Shown in pieces: positions 17,523 through 29,733 of a stretch of 64,000 nt of DNA. The translations under genes and the position numbers were made by a program. The notes beneath the pieces were generated by a model. The model made no database searches. It had not been told where the DNA came from and was given only the letters and a program-made list of their open reading frames with translations. Positions within the stretch are counted from its first letter, which is position 1. Every line of letters starts with the position of its first letter. The stretch covers positions 68,574 through 132,573 of the forward strand of contig CAZTJO010000001.1 of NCBI GenBank assembly GCA_964614095.1, read 5' to 3'. The DNA comes from an uncultured Acidimicrobiia bacterium. GTDB taxonomy: Bacteria > Actinomycetota > Acidimicrobiia > Spongiisociales > UBA11373.

Positions 17523-19853
17523 ATGAACTTGACCAAGCTTGCGCTGCGTTTGTTGGGAAAACGACTTCCCGTCACCTCGGGCCGGATTGAGGTGGAAGGC
17601 GTCTCCCAGCACGTCGTCATCCATCGTGATCGATTTGGAATCCCCCATATCGAGGCAAAGACCGACGCCGACGCCTGGTATGCCTTGGGTTTCTGTCATG
17701 GCCAAGACCGGCCATTCCAGATTGAGACTCGGCTGCGGGTAGTGCGCGGGACCCTCGCCGAGCTCATCGGAGCCGACGGGCTCGCCATTGACAGGCTGAT
17801 GCGTCGCATCGGCTTCCGGCACCACGGCGAGCAGCTCGTCGCCGCCCTGGGGGACCGTCACCGGCCCTTGGCCGAGGCATACGCCGCCGGGGTCACCGCC
17901 GGCGCCACCAGCGGCCTCTCCCGGCGCCCGCACCCCTTTGCTCTGCTCCGCTCCCGTCCCAGCCGGTACGAGGCAGCCGACACCCTCGGCTTCCTCTGCC
18001 TGCAAGCCTTTCTGCTCGCGGCCAACTGGGATGTGGAGCTGGCCCGCCTCCAGATACTCGTTGCCGATGGACCGGACGCGGTCGAGGCTCTGGATCCGGT
18101 GTACCCCGAGTGGCTGCCCGTGTGCGATCGGCCCGGCGAAGCCGCCGGTGCGGCCGCCTCCCGTCTCTCCGACGACCTGGCCCGGCTGGCTGCCACCATC
18201 GGCGTCACCGGAGCGTCCAACAATTGGGCGCTTGCCCCATCTCGCACCGCCACGGGACGTCCCATACTCGCCAACGACCCTCATCTCGCTCCTCTCCTGC
18301 CGCCTCATTGGTACCTCATGCACCTGGAAACCCCGGACTGGTCGCTGGCCGGCGCATCGCTGGCCGGCACCCCGGCGGTGGCCGCCGGGCACAACGGCCA
18401 CGCCGCCTGGGGCATCACCGCCGCCTTGACCGACACGACCGATCTGTTCCTGGAGGAAATTGGACCCGATGGCCGCAGTGTGCGGCGTGGGGACGAGTTT
18501 GTGCCGTGTGAAGTGCGAAGCGAGACGATCCCGGTCAAGGGGCAACGATCCGAGCAACTCGATGTGCTCGTCACCGACCGGGGGCCCATCGTCGGGCCCG
18601 CCCTGGAAGGTGGCTTCGAGGCGCTGTCAATGGCCGCCACCTGGCTGCAACCGCGTTCCCTGGGCGCCATCTTTGAGCTGGGACGAGCCCGTTCGTTCTC
18701 CGATCTGCGTAGTGCCTTCTCCGATTGGGCCGCTCTTCCCGTCAATTTCGCCTTCGCTGAGGCCGGGGGCACGATCGGGATCCAGGTCGTCGGCAACCTC
18801 CCGGTCCGGTGCCGTGGGATAGGCGCGGTACCCCTTCCCGCCGCCGATCCACAGAACTGCTGGGAAGATGATCTACTGCCCTTCGATGAGCTGCCGTCCG
18901 TGACTGATCCCGAGGTGGGTTTTGTCGTTACCGCCAACAACCTCCCCTCGACCTCCGCAGCCCATCTCGGATACGACTTCCTCGACGGGTATCGGGCCGC
19001 CCGCATCTGCGAGACACTCGACGCGCGCCATGACTGGGACCTGCCCTCCACCCTGCGCCTGCAGATGGACCGGCACTCGATCCCGTGGAGGGAACTGCGC
19101 CCCACCGTTCTCGCTTCGCTCGAAGGAGATGCCGAGCTGGGTACCGCCCTCGGCCTTCTCTCAGATTGGGACGGTGAGATCGAGTCGGGCTCGGCGGCAG
19201 CATCTCTCTTCGAGTTCTTCGCCGCCGAGATGACGTGCGCCGTTGCCGAGGCCAAGGCGCCGCACAGCGCCAAATGGGCTCTTGGTGAGGGCTTCACCCC
19301 ACTCGTGCCGCTGAATGCCTTCCTCGTACGCCGCGTCTCCCATCTGGTCCGGCTGCTCAAGCAGCAGCCGCCCGGCTGGTTCGCCGAGGGATGGGAGGCC
19401 GCCATTCGCCGGGCGATGCAGAACGCAGTGCGGCGGCTCACCAACACCTACGGACCCGACCCCGAGGGTTGGGCCTGGGGAAAGATCCGACCCCTCACCT
19501 TCACCCACCCGCTCGGGGCGCGCTGGCCCCTGAACAAGGTCTTCAATCTGGGCCCCCTTGCACATGGGGGTGACGCCAACACCGTGAATCCGGCACCCGT
19601 CGATCCTCGGCGGCCGACGGGTAATCCCGATTTTGCCGTGGCCTCGCTGCGTATGGTGATCGATGTCGGCAAGTGGGATCTCAGCCGGTTCGTGCTGCCC
19701 GGTGGGCAATCCGGCAACCCCTTCTCTCCCCACTACTCGGATCAACTGCGGCTGTGGCAGCTGGGCGATGCGCTGCCCATCCCGTGGTCGAAACAGGCGG
19801 TGCAGAGGGCCACTTGGTCCACACTTGTGCTCGAACCCGGTGCCCCTGCCTAA
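17523..19853 (+). CDS. Penicillin amidase / acyl-homoserine-lactone acylase family protein (Ntn hydrolase, S45)
   Basis: GIPHIEAKTDADAWYALGFCHGQDRPFQIE, SNNWALAPSRTATGRPILANDPHL (Ser-Asn-Asn autoproteolytic site). About 776 aa from the ATG at 17523; the track ORF N-terminal extension overlaps glgC and is rejected. Confidence 0.8.
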   Translation: MNLTKLALRLLGKRLPVTSGRIEVEGVSQHVVIHRDRFGIPHIEAKTDADAWYALGFCHGQDRPFQIETRLRVVRGTLAELIGADGLAIDRLMRRIGFRHHGEQLVAALGDRHRPLAEAYAAGVTAGATSGLSRRPHPFALLRSRPSRYEAADTLGFLCLQAFLLAANWDVELARLQILVADGPDAVEALDPVYPEWLPVCDRPGEAAGAAASRLSDDLARLAATIGVTGASNNWALAPSRTATGRPILANDPHLAPLLPPHWYLMHLETPDWSLAGASLAGTPAVAAGHNGHAAWGITAALTDTTDLFLEEIGPDGRSVRRGDEFVPCEVRSETIPVKGQRSEQLDVLVTDRGPIVGPALEGGFEALSMAATWLQPRSLGAIFELGRARSFSDLRSAFSDWAALPVNFAFAEAGGTIGIQVVGNLPVRCRGIGAVPLPAADPQNCWEDDLLPFDELPSVTDPEVGFVVTANNLPSTSAAHLGYDFLDGYRAARICETLDARHDWDLPSTLRLQMDRHSIPWRELRPTVLASLEGDAELGTALGLLSDWDGEIESGSAAASLFEFFAAEMTCAVAEAKAPHSAKWALGEGFTPLVPLNAFLVRRVSHLVRLLKQQPPGWFAEGWEAAIRRAMQNAVRRLTNTYGPDPEGWAWGKIRPLTFTHPLGARWPLNKVFNLGPLAHGGDANTVNPAPVDPRRPTGNPDFAVASLRMVIDVGKWDLSRFVLPGGQSGNPFSPHYSDQLRLWQLGDALPIPWSKQAVQRATWSTLVLEPGAPA

Positions 19854-19881
19854 TCCCACGCACGGCTACCCTTCACCCGCC

Positions 19882-20955
19882 ATGAAACGCCTCCCCATAG
19901 TCCTGCTGATCGCGCTCGCCGTCATCTTTGCTGCCTGCTCCGGCGACGATGCCGCCAAGACGCTGGCGGCGGAATCACCGGTCACGGCATCGTCGAGCAC
20001 GTCGACATCAACGAGCTCGACGTCCACGACGACCACAACCATGGACAAGGGGATCCCATCACCCATCAACGGGCTCCTGGTTTACGACCCCAGCCTGCTG
20101 GATCGGCGGGTCATCGCAGTCAAGATCGACAACCACCCCGCGGCGCGGCCGCAGTCGGGGCTCCAAGAGGCCGATGCCGTCATCGAGTACCTGGCCGAAG
20201 GGGGCATTGGACGGTTTGTCGCCCTCTTCCACCACAGCGACAGCGAATACCTGGGTCCGGTGCGTTCGATCCGTCCCACCGACTTCACAATTCTTGCCCG
20301 CCTCGATGCCACCCTGGTGGTCTCTGGCGGCCAGCAGTGGGTGCAGAACCTCACTGCGGCCAACGGAGTGAGTTATATGGGCGAAGGGATCAGCGGGCTC
20401 TTCCGTGTCTCGCTGGACCGCACCTGGGAGCACACTCTCTACGCCAACACCACCGTTCTGCGCGAGAACGCAGATGCCTACGGGTTCGATGATGGACTCG
20501 CCGGTGCTCTGTACGGCATCGAAGAATGGGAGGCGCTGCCCGAAGAGCCCGTGGAGAGGGTCAGCCTCGATTGGGCTCCGTATAACACCGTCACCTGGGT
20601 CTACGAGGACGGGAGCTACAAGCGCTTCGAGGGCGTCCACGCCCTCGAGTGGATAGACGTTGACGGCAATCGGGGACAGCTCGCCTTCGACGTCCTGATC
20701 ATCATCGAAGGCAACCAGTACTTTTACTATCCGCCCCCAGGTGATACGACACGGGCGCTGCCGGCGATAGAGACCACCGGATCCGGCAACGTCTACATCC
20801 TCAGTGAGGGCCGTATGCTGCGCGGGACCTGGCAACGGGGCAGCATCACCGGCTACTTCAGCTTCTACGACCTCGACGGGAACGAGGTCGCCGTGCCACC
20901 GGGTGTCCCGTGGATCTCGTTCTTCCCTGCGGGCCGCTCCATCAGCTTCTCCTAG
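19882..20955 (+). CDS. Lipoprotein, DUF3048-like, with Ser/Thr-rich linker
   Basis: Signal peptide plus lipobox (LIALAVIFAAC), then an S/T run (SSSTSTSTSSTSTTTTT), then VIAVKIDNHPAARPQSGLQEADAVIEYLAEGGIGRFVALFHHSD. Confidence 0.65.
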   Translation: MKRLPIVLLIALAVIFAACSGDDAAKTLAAESPVTASSSTSTSTSSTSTTTTTMDKGIPSPINGLLVYDPSLLDRRVIAVKIDNHPAARPQSGLQEADAVIEYLAEGGIGRFVALFHHSDSEYLGPVRSIRPTDFTILARLDATLVVSGGQQWVQNLTAANGVSYMGEGISGLFRVSLDRTWEHTLYANTTVLRENADAYGFDDGLAGALYGIEEWEALPEEPVERVSLDWAPYNTVTWVYEDGSYKRFEGVHALEWIDVDGNRGQLAFDVLIIIEGNQYFYYPPPGDTTRALPAIETTGSGNVYILSEGRMLRGTWQRGSITGYFSFYDLDGNEVAVPPGVPWISFFPAGRSISFS

Positions 20956-21022
20956 TCGTTCCGCTCATGCAGCCACCACCTCCCTTCCAGCACAAGCCAG
21001 GACATGGCTACGCTGTGCGGCC

Positions 21023-22195
21023 ATGAGACGGTCTTTTCTTGTGCTTGCGGCGGCGACGGTTGTGATCGCCGTCGCCGTGATCGTGCTGGTGCCCGCAGGC
21101 GGCGATGAGCCGGCCACCACCACCGTCAACAACATCGCCGGCCCATCCACTACAGGTGGCCCCACCATCTCAACGAGCACAACTTCGAACTCCACATCAA
21201 CCACCGCCGTGCCGGGACCTCCCTCACCGCTCAACGGGCTACCGGTGGCCGACCCAGACCTGCTCGATCGCCGTGTGGTGGCGGTGAAAATCGACAACTA
21301 CCCCTCGGCGCCCCGGCCCCAATCGGGACTGCAGGACGCCGACGCCGTTTTTGAATACCTCGTCTACGGCGACTCCACTCGCCTTCTGGTCCTCTTCCAC
21401 CACAGCGACAGCGAATGTCTGGGTCCAATTCGGTCGATCCGGCCCACCGACTCCGCCCTCCTTGCCCGCATCGCGCCGGTGATCTTCATCTCCGGAGGCC
21501 AGGCCTACATCCGTTCGCTGTCTTGGGACCGTGGCGTCGGCATCCTCAACTACGAGCGGTACGGATACTGGATCATCAACGCCCCCGGCCCACACGAGTT
21601 CACCAAATACAGCACCACGTCCGGCATGCGTCAGGCCGCCGACGATTACGGCTACGCCGACGAATTCTCCGGATGGCTCTACGAGATCGCCGAGTGGGAC
21701 GATCTGCCCGAGAAGAGCGCCACCAATATCTCTCTCGAGTGGTCCAACTCATACACCGCCGGCTGGGTCTACGAGGACGGCGTCTACAAACGATATGCCA
21801 ACGGCGACCCCGACTTGTGGATCGACCAGGAGGGCCTCGACAGGTGGATCCTGGCAGAGGACTACGGAGAATCACTGAATTCGGTGGCCGCCGAGATCAT
21901 CGAGGAAGGCCATGGGGCCCAGCTGGCCCACGACGTCCTGGTGGTCATGCTGGGGCACCAGGGCTATGCCTTTCCACCGGAGGGCGTCGACGGTTCGCCG
22001 GTCCCGCAGTTCTACACCACCGGATCCGGCGACCTGCTCATCTTCTATCAGGGCCGCGTGCTCGAAGGCACCTGGGAACGCAACCTCATGACCGACGAGT
22101 TCCTCCTGCTCGACAATGAGGGGAATCCGGTGACCGTCCCGCCCGGCCTTCCCTGGATCTCGTTGTTCCCCGATACCTACTCCATCACCTACTGA
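21023..22195 (+). CDS. DUF3048-like secreted/membrane-anchored protein (paralog of 19882..20955)
   Basis: N-terminal transmembrane/signal segment, then S/T/G-rich linker, then VVAVKIDNYPSAPRPQSGLQDADAVFEYLVYGDSTRLLVLFHHSD. High identity with the upstream gene along the whole length. Confidence 0.65.
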   Translation: MRRSFLVLAAATVVIAVAVIVLVPAGGDEPATTTVNNIAGPSTTGGPTISTSTTSNSTSTTAVPGPPSPLNGLPVADPDLLDRRVVAVKIDNYPSAPRPQSGLQDADAVFEYLVYGDSTRLLVLFHHSDSECLGPIRSIRPTDSALLARIAPVIFISGGQAYIRSLSWDRGVGILNYERYGYWIINAPGPHEFTKYSTTSGMRQAADDYGYADEFSGWLYEIAEWDDLPEKSATNISLEWSNSYTAGWVYEDGVYKRYANGDPDLWIDQEGLDRWILAEDYGESLNSVAAEIIEEGHGAQLAHDVLVVMLGHQGYAFPPEGVDGSPVPQFYTTGSGDLLIFYQGRVLEGTWERNLMTDEFLLLDNEGNPVTVPPGLPWISLFPDTYSITY

Positions 22196-22384
22196 GCGCA
22201 AGCGGAGGGGACAGACGGGCTCCACGTCTGCGGCGCTCATCCCACACCGACACCCCAATCGTGCACTACGAGTTGCCTCGAGCGCACCCATACAATGCGC
22301 TGGCCAGCCAACGGAGGACCACTACGGCGTCACCCGGCAGATGCCACTGCCGTTTTCTCACACCGACGGGGAGATGATCGACGC

Positions 22385-24265
22385 GTGCCCGCGAAGACCC
22401 CAATCTCCGAGCCGAGCCAATCCGCCGGGGAGAACGAGAAGGCCGAGAACATCGATCACGTCCGGATCCGGTTTGCCGGGGACTCCGGCGATGGCATGCA
22501 GCTGGTTGGAGCCCGATTCACGGAGGCATCGGCCATCTTCGGCAACGACGTAGCCACACTTCCCAGCTTCCCGGCCGAGATTCGGGCCCCGGCGGGCTCC
22601 CTATCGGGAGTGTCCTCGTTCCAGATCCACATTGCCGACCGTGACATCCTCACCCCCGGCGACAATCCCGACGTCCTCGTCGCCATGAACCCGGCCGCGC
22701 TCAAGGCCAACCTCGCTGATCTGGCACCGGCCGGCATGCTTGTCCTCAACTCCGATGCTTTCACCGAGCGCAACCTGACCAAGGCGGAGTACACAGAGAA
22801 CCCCCTCGAGGATGGCTCCCTCAATGGGTACCAGATCGTCAAGGTGCCCATGGAGCAGCTGACTCGGGACGCAGTCAAGGACACCGGCATTTCCGGCCGC
22901 AGCGTGCTGCGTTCCAAGAACTTCTTCGCTCTCGGCCTGCTGGCCTGGATGTTCAGCCGTCCGCTGCAACCCACGCTCGGATGGATCGCCAACAGATTCG
23001 CCAAGGACCTGGCAACAAAAGAAGCCAACACCCTCGCCCTCCGGGCCGGCTACAACTTCGGCATCGTCACCCAGCTGTTCCGGCACACATTCCAGGTGAA
23101 GCCCGCCAAACTCCCCAGCGGCGAGTACACCAACGTGACCGGGAGCCAGGCGCTCTCCTGGGGTCTGATAGCCGGCGCCGAAGCGGCCCATCTGCCCCTG
23201 TTCTACGCCTCCTACCCCATCACACCGGCATCCGAGCTGCTTCACGAGCTGGTGCGTCACCAGCGTTTTGGGTTGAGGACCTTCCAGGCCGAAGATGAGA
23301 TCGCCGCCGCCGGTGCCGCGCTGGGAGCATCCTTCGCCGGCCATCTCGGCGTCACCGGCACCAGCGGCCCCGGGCTTGCCCTCAAATCGGAGACGATCGG
23401 CCTCGCCGTCATGACTGAGCTGCCCCTCGTCATCGTCGATGTACAGCGAGGCGGCCCGTCCACCGGGCTGCCCACCAAAACCGAGCAAGCCGATCTGCTC
23501 ATGGCCATGTACGGCCGCCACGGTGAGGCGCCGCTGCCCGTCTTGGCGGCACCCTCCCCCGCAGGCGCCTTCGATGCCGCCCTTGAGGCGGTGCGTATCG
23601 CCGTCAAGTACATGACACCGGTAATCCTGCTGTCCGACGGCTACATCGCCAACAGCGCCGAGCCGTGGCGGCTGCCCGACCTGGCGAGTCTCCCCGGCTT
23701 CCCAGCCCGGTTCGCCACCCAGCCCAACTCCGACGGCCGGTTCCTGCCCTACCTGCGCGACCCGGAGACCCTGGCCCGTCCCTGGGCCCTCCCCGGCACC
23801 CCCGGCCTCGAACACCGCGTTGGAGGCCTGGAGAAAGAAGATCTCACCGGCAACGTCTCCTACGACCCGCTCAACCACGAGAAGATGGTGCGGCTACGCG
23901 AGTCGAAAATCGCCGCCATTGCCGACGACATCCCGGAGGCGGTGCCCGACGACGATGGAGCAGAACTGCTCTTGCTCGGCTGGGGCTCCACTTTCCCCGC
24001 CACCACCGCCGCCATGCGTGAGGTGCGCGAGACCGGGAAAAAGGTGGCACGGCTCCATCTGCGCCACCTGAATCCGTTTCCGCGCAACCTGGGTGAAGTG
24101 CTGAGCCGGTACCCAAAGATCCTGGTGCCGGAGCTGAATCGGGGGCACCTGCTCCGCTTGATCAGGGCCGAGTTCCTCGTCGACGCCGTCGGATTGTCGA
24201 AGGTGACGGGACAGCCGTTCAGATCCGCCGAGATCGCGGACAAGGTCCAGGAGATGCTCTCATGA
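22385..24265 (+). CDS. korA: 2-oxoglutarate:ferredoxin oxidoreductase alpha subunit (fused gamma-alpha, KorA)
   Basis: IRFAGDSGDGMQLVG (gamma domain) and GYPITPASE...GTSGPGLALKSE (alpha/PFOR domain). About 626 aa from the GTG at 22385; start uncertain. Confidence 0.8.
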   Translation: MPAKTPISEPSQSAGENEKAENIDHVRIRFAGDSGDGMQLVGARFTEASAIFGNDVATLPSFPAEIRAPAGSLSGVSSFQIHIADRDILTPGDNPDVLVAMNPAALKANLADLAPAGMLVLNSDAFTERNLTKAEYTENPLEDGSLNGYQIVKVPMEQLTRDAVKDTGISGRSVLRSKNFFALGLLAWMFSRPLQPTLGWIANRFAKDLATKEANTLALRAGYNFGIVTQLFRHTFQVKPAKLPSGEYTNVTGSQALSWGLIAGAEAAHLPLFYASYPITPASELLHELVRHQRFGLRTFQAEDEIAAAGAALGASFAGHLGVTGTSGPGLALKSETIGLAVMTELPLVIVDVQRGGPSTGLPTKTEQADLLMAMYGRHGEAPLPVLAAPSPAGAFDAALEAVRIAVKYMTPVILLSDGYIANSAEPWRLPDLASLPGFPARFATQPNSDGRFLPYLRDPETLARPWALPGTPGLEHRVGGLEKEDLTGNVSYDPLNHEKMVRLRESKIAAIADDIPEAVPDDDGAELLLLGWGSTFPATTAAMREVRETGKKVARLHLRHLNPFPRNLGEVLSRYPKILVPELNRGHLLRLIRAEFLVDAVGLSKVTGQPFRSAEIADKVQEMLS

Positions 24266-25284
24266 GCGAAGCCACAACTGCCGCCCGCTACACCCGAGCC
24301 GATTTCCAGAGCGGCCAAGAGGTCCGCTGGTGCCCGGGCTGCGGGGACTACACGCTCCTTGCTTCGATGCAGAGCTTCCTTGCCGACCTCGATCTCGACC
24401 GGGAGAAGCTCGTCTTCGTGTCCGGCATCGGTTGCTCATCTCGCTTCCCGTACTACATGAACACCTACGGCCTGCACGGAATCCACGGACGAGCCCCGGC
24501 AATCGCCACCGGCATCGCCCTCGCCAACCCGGAGCTCTCGGTCTGGGTGATCACCGGCGACGGCGACGGTCTCTCAATTGGTGGGAATCACCTGATCCAT
24601 GTGCTGCGGAGAAATATCAACGTCAAGATTCTCCTCTTCAACAACCAGATCTACGGCTTGACCAAGGGCCAGTACTCGCCCACCAGTGAGACTGGCAAAC
24701 GTACCAAATCGAGCCCGAGGGGATCCTTGGCACATCCCTTCAATCCGGTGAGCCTTGCCATTGGGGCCGAGGCTCCGTTTGTGGCCAGGACCGTCGACAT
24801 GGATCGGGAGCACACCTTGAAGATGCTGCAGCGGGCCTACGAACATCGGGGAGCCGCCTTCATCGAGATCTACCAGAACTGCAATGTCTTCAACGACAAA
24901 GCTTTTGCCGAACTCACGGGTCGCAGCGAACGAGTCGAGAACTGCATCAATCTTGAGCACGGCAAGCCGGTCACCTTTGGGAAGGACCACGGGCGCGGGG
25001 TGGTCATAGACGACGGAACCGCCCGAATCGAGCAGATCGCGGAGGTCGGTGTCGAGGCCATACATGTGCACGATGAGCACGCGGCACGTCCCGACGCCGC
25101 CTTCGCCCTGAGCCGCCTGTCACACGGACCGTACGGGCCAACCCCCATGGGGGTGTTCCGTGATGTGGAACGGCCCTCCTTCGGCGACGGCCTCGAAGAG
25201 CGGGTGCGTTCGGCTCGGGAAGAACACGGGCCCGGCGACCTGAACGAGCTGGTTCGCCAGACCGGAACCTGGCTCGTCGAGTAG
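24262..25284 (+). CDS. korB: 2-oxoglutarate:ferredoxin oxidoreductase beta subunit (TPP-binding, KorB)
   Basis: WCPGCGDY, GIGCSSRFPYY, ITGDGDGLSIGGNHL (TPP-binding motif). ATGA overlap with korA. Confidence 0.85.
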   Translation: MSEATTAARYTRADFQSGQEVRWCPGCGDYTLLASMQSFLADLDLDREKLVFVSGIGCSSRFPYYMNTYGLHGIHGRAPAIATGIALANPELSVWVITGDGDGLSIGGNHLIHVLRRNINVKILLFNNQIYGLTKGQYSPTSETGKRTKSSPRGSLAHPFNPVSLAIGAEAPFVARTVDMDREHTLKMLQRAYEHRGAAFIEIYQNCNVFNDKAFAELTGRSERVENCINLEHGKPVTFGKDHGRGVVIDDGTARIEQIAEVGVEAIHVHDEHAARPDAAFALSRLSHGPYGPTPMGVFRDVERPSFGDGLEERVRSAREEHGPGDLNELVRQTGTWLVE

Positions 25285-25373
25285 CACGGCCCACTGCCGC
25301 GCCACGCCGGATCTCCTCCTAACAGATCGAGGCGGCACTCCCGGTAGCCTGGTCACGCCGATCGGAGGTAGCC

Positions 25374-25739
25374 GTGATCTCATTGTTCGTCGTGTTCAAG
25401 CGTCTGTTCCAAGCCGCGCGGCGAGGGTGGCGCGACCCCGCCTTCAGAGGTCTGCTCATCCTCGCCTTCACCATCCTGGTCGTCGGCATGTTCTTCTACC
25501 GACGGGTGGAGGGCTGGACTCTCCTCAACTCCCTCTACTTCAGCGTGGTAACTCTCACCACGGTGGGGTACGGCGACCTATCTCCTCAGACCGGCGCCGG
25601 GCGGGCGTTCACCATTTTCTACGTACTGATCGGGCTTGGCATCATCATCGGCCTGGTCACCCAGCTCGCCTCGAAAGCGGTGGAAGCCCAGGCGGAACGG
25701 ACCGAACAGCGCCAGAAGAAGCGCAAGACGGGGGAATGA
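25374..25739 (+). CDS. Two-transmembrane K+ channel family protein (Ion_trans_2)
   Basis: Selectivity filter TTVGYGD flanked by two hydrophobic helices. 121 aa. Confidence 0.7.
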   Translation: MISLFVVFKRLFQAARRGWRDPAFRGLLILAFTILVVGMFFYRRVEGWTLLNSLYFSVVTLTTVGYGDLSPQTGAGRAFTIFYVLIGLGIIIGLVTQLASKAVEAQAERTEQRQKKRKTGE

Positions 25740-25828
25740 CGCTGAGGGACCTCTCAGGCTCCTATGGATGGCCGCCGTTGAAATCCGCTAACGTCTGTGC
25801 TCGGACTGCGCGCTACGGAGTAGAACCT

Positions 25829-26125
25829 ATGGCCGCTTCCTTGTTGAGAACCTTCCCACGGCCTCCGTGGGAGGTATTCGATGTTGCCGTCCACTCCGCC
25901 CAGGAGTTGGGCCTCGACATCTCCATCGTCGACCGCAACTCTCGTCATCTCTTCTTCCGCGCCCCGCTCCGCCGCAAGCGCCCGCAACTCGCACTTTCGG
26001 TCACCGACACCGGCCTCGGGTCTGCGGCTCTCCACGTATCGTGGAACGGCGGCAAGGCCAGAGCTGCCGGCAGATGTGCGTCGCGGCTCTGCCGACAGGT
26101 GGAAACCACCTTCAGGTCTATCTAG
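25829..26125 (+). CDS. Hypothetical small protein
   Basis: 99-codon ORF within a 490-bp gap (part of track ORF 25427..26125). Weak GGAG upstream. No recognisable motif. Confidence 0.25.
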   Translation: MAASLLRTFPRPPWEVFDVAVHSAQELGLDISIVDRNSRHLFFRAPLRRKRPQLALSVTDTGLGSAALHVSWNGGKARAAGRCASRLCRQVETTFRSI

Positions 26126-26226
26126 CTCGACTCCGCCTCCCAGGCGAGCGGAGCGGTTCCGGATCTCCCCACCGACAGGCGTCTTCGAGAACAGGCTTCC
26201 CTGATCGCCGCGAGAGCGCCCTGCTC

Positions 26227-27069
26227 TCAGCGCAGGCCCGCAAAAAGGTCGGCTGCGCCGGCCGGAGCATCGATCCGCGAGAAGGCCAGGATGAAGGCCT
26301 CCTCGCCAAACCCCTCGCGTCGCAGATCGTCGGGCAGGGTACGCAGCCACGAGTCCTCGGCTATCTGGGTGTGGTGCGCCAACACCGCCTCCCATTTGCG
26401 GTTGAACCAGGTCCGCACATCGAGGCAGGTGGTTATGTGCTCATCGAGAGTGCCGGCCCCCGGTTCCCGCTCCGCCTCTTCGGGTGAGATATCCCCGGTC
26501 AGCGCCATAAGGCGGCGGACCCTCCGGGTTCTCTCCCGCGGCCACGTGGTCCAGTAGAGCTTCGACGGCTGCCAGGCTTCCTCACCGTTGTCGGGGGGAA
26601 ACCGTCCCACATCGGCCGCTCCAAAGAAGGCTGCAGTGCCCACCCGATGCACCTGGATGTGATCGGGGTGCCCGTAACCCCCGTAGGGATCGTACGCGGT
26701 GACCACCTCGGGCCGGTGCTCGCGTATGACGCGAACCAGACGCCCCACCGCCTCCATGAAGTCGGCCATCCAGAAAGCATCTGGATGCTCGTTGTCCTTG
26801 GTGCCCATCATGCCCGAGTCGCGGTATCCCAGGAACTCCACGGCCGACAAGCCGAGAATCCGGCCTGCATCCCTTAGCTCCTGTTCCCGCAGCTCACCGA
26901 GGCGCGAGCCGACGGATTCTGCATCCACATTGTGGACCTCACCCACCTCTCCCCGGGTGGCGGTGACGACGACCACGTGCTCCCCGGCATCGGCGTACCG
27001 GGCCAGGGTGCCCCCCATGGAGAGGGATTCGTCATCGGGGTGGGCGTGGAATGCCAGAAGACCGGACAT
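26227..27069 (-). CDS. PIG-L/LmbE family deacetylase, Mca/MshB-like (mycothiol pathway-type amidase/deacetylase)
   Basis: AHPDDE motif, LARYADAGEHVVVVTATRGE, YDPYGGYGHPDHIQVH, KLYW. Overall colinearity with mycobacterial Mca. Start at the ATG at 27069. Confidence 0.7.
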   Translation of the reverse strand: MSGLLAFHAHPDDESLSMGGTLARYADAGEHVVVVTATRGEVGEVHNVDAESVGSRLGELREQELRDAGRILGLSAVEFLGYRDSGMMGTKDNEHPDAFWMADFMEAVGRLVRVIREHRPEVVTAYDPYGGYGHPDHIQVHRVGTAAFFGAADVGRFPPDNGEEAWQPSKLYWTTWPRERTRRVRRLMALTGDISPEEAEREPGAGTLDEHITTCLDVRTWFNRKWEAVLAHHTQIAEDSWLRTLPDDLRREGFGEEAFILAFSRIDAPAGAADLFAGLR

Positions 27070-27120
27070 GCGGCGGCAAGCGTAGCCAGGCCCGGCGCCC
27101 AGCATGCAGCCCGGTTTCAC

Positions 27121-27431
27121 TCAAGACGCGACGGACACCGTCGGCCCATCCCCGGGTGCCGCATCCTCCTTCACCGGCACCGCCCGATCGGTAAGCAGCG
27201 TCACCATGTTCGCCGAGATCTGGAGAAAACCCCCGTGCACGGACAGCTGCACCTGATCCCCGGTAACCGGCGTAATGACGGTGGTCCCCGACGCCAGGGC
27301 CGCCATCAGCGGCTCATGTCCGGCGAGCACCCCCATCTCACCCTCGGTGGTGCGGGTGACGAGCATCTCGGCCTGGCCTGCCCACACGATCGCTTCCGGC
27401 GACACCACCTCGAGCCGGAAGCCCACCGTCA

Positions 27432-27432
<1 letters not shown>
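27121..27432 (-). CDS. atpC: F1 ATP synthase epsilon subunit
   Basis: 103 aa, LEVVSPE...VLAGHEPL... epsilon signature. Last gene of the atp operon. Confidence 0.8.
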
Positions 27433-29727
<2,295 letters not shown>

Positions 29728-29733
29728 GGTTCG

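Noticed and set aside
17478-19859. Multiple long antisense ORFs (17478..18557 -, 18305..19447 -, 19161..19859 -) inside the acylase gene
   Set aside because: GC-frame artefacts (Arg/Gly/Pro-rich). The sense strand has strong Ntn-hydrolase motifs.
22601-23878. 425-aa antisense ORF within korA
   Set aside because: Overlaps a well-supported PFOR alpha-subunit gene. Composition is typical of a spurious high-GC ORF.
25754-26395. 213-aa minus-strand ORF spanning the K+ channel/mca gap
   Set aside because: Overlaps the 3' end of the Mca-like gene. Arg/Gly-rich with no motif.
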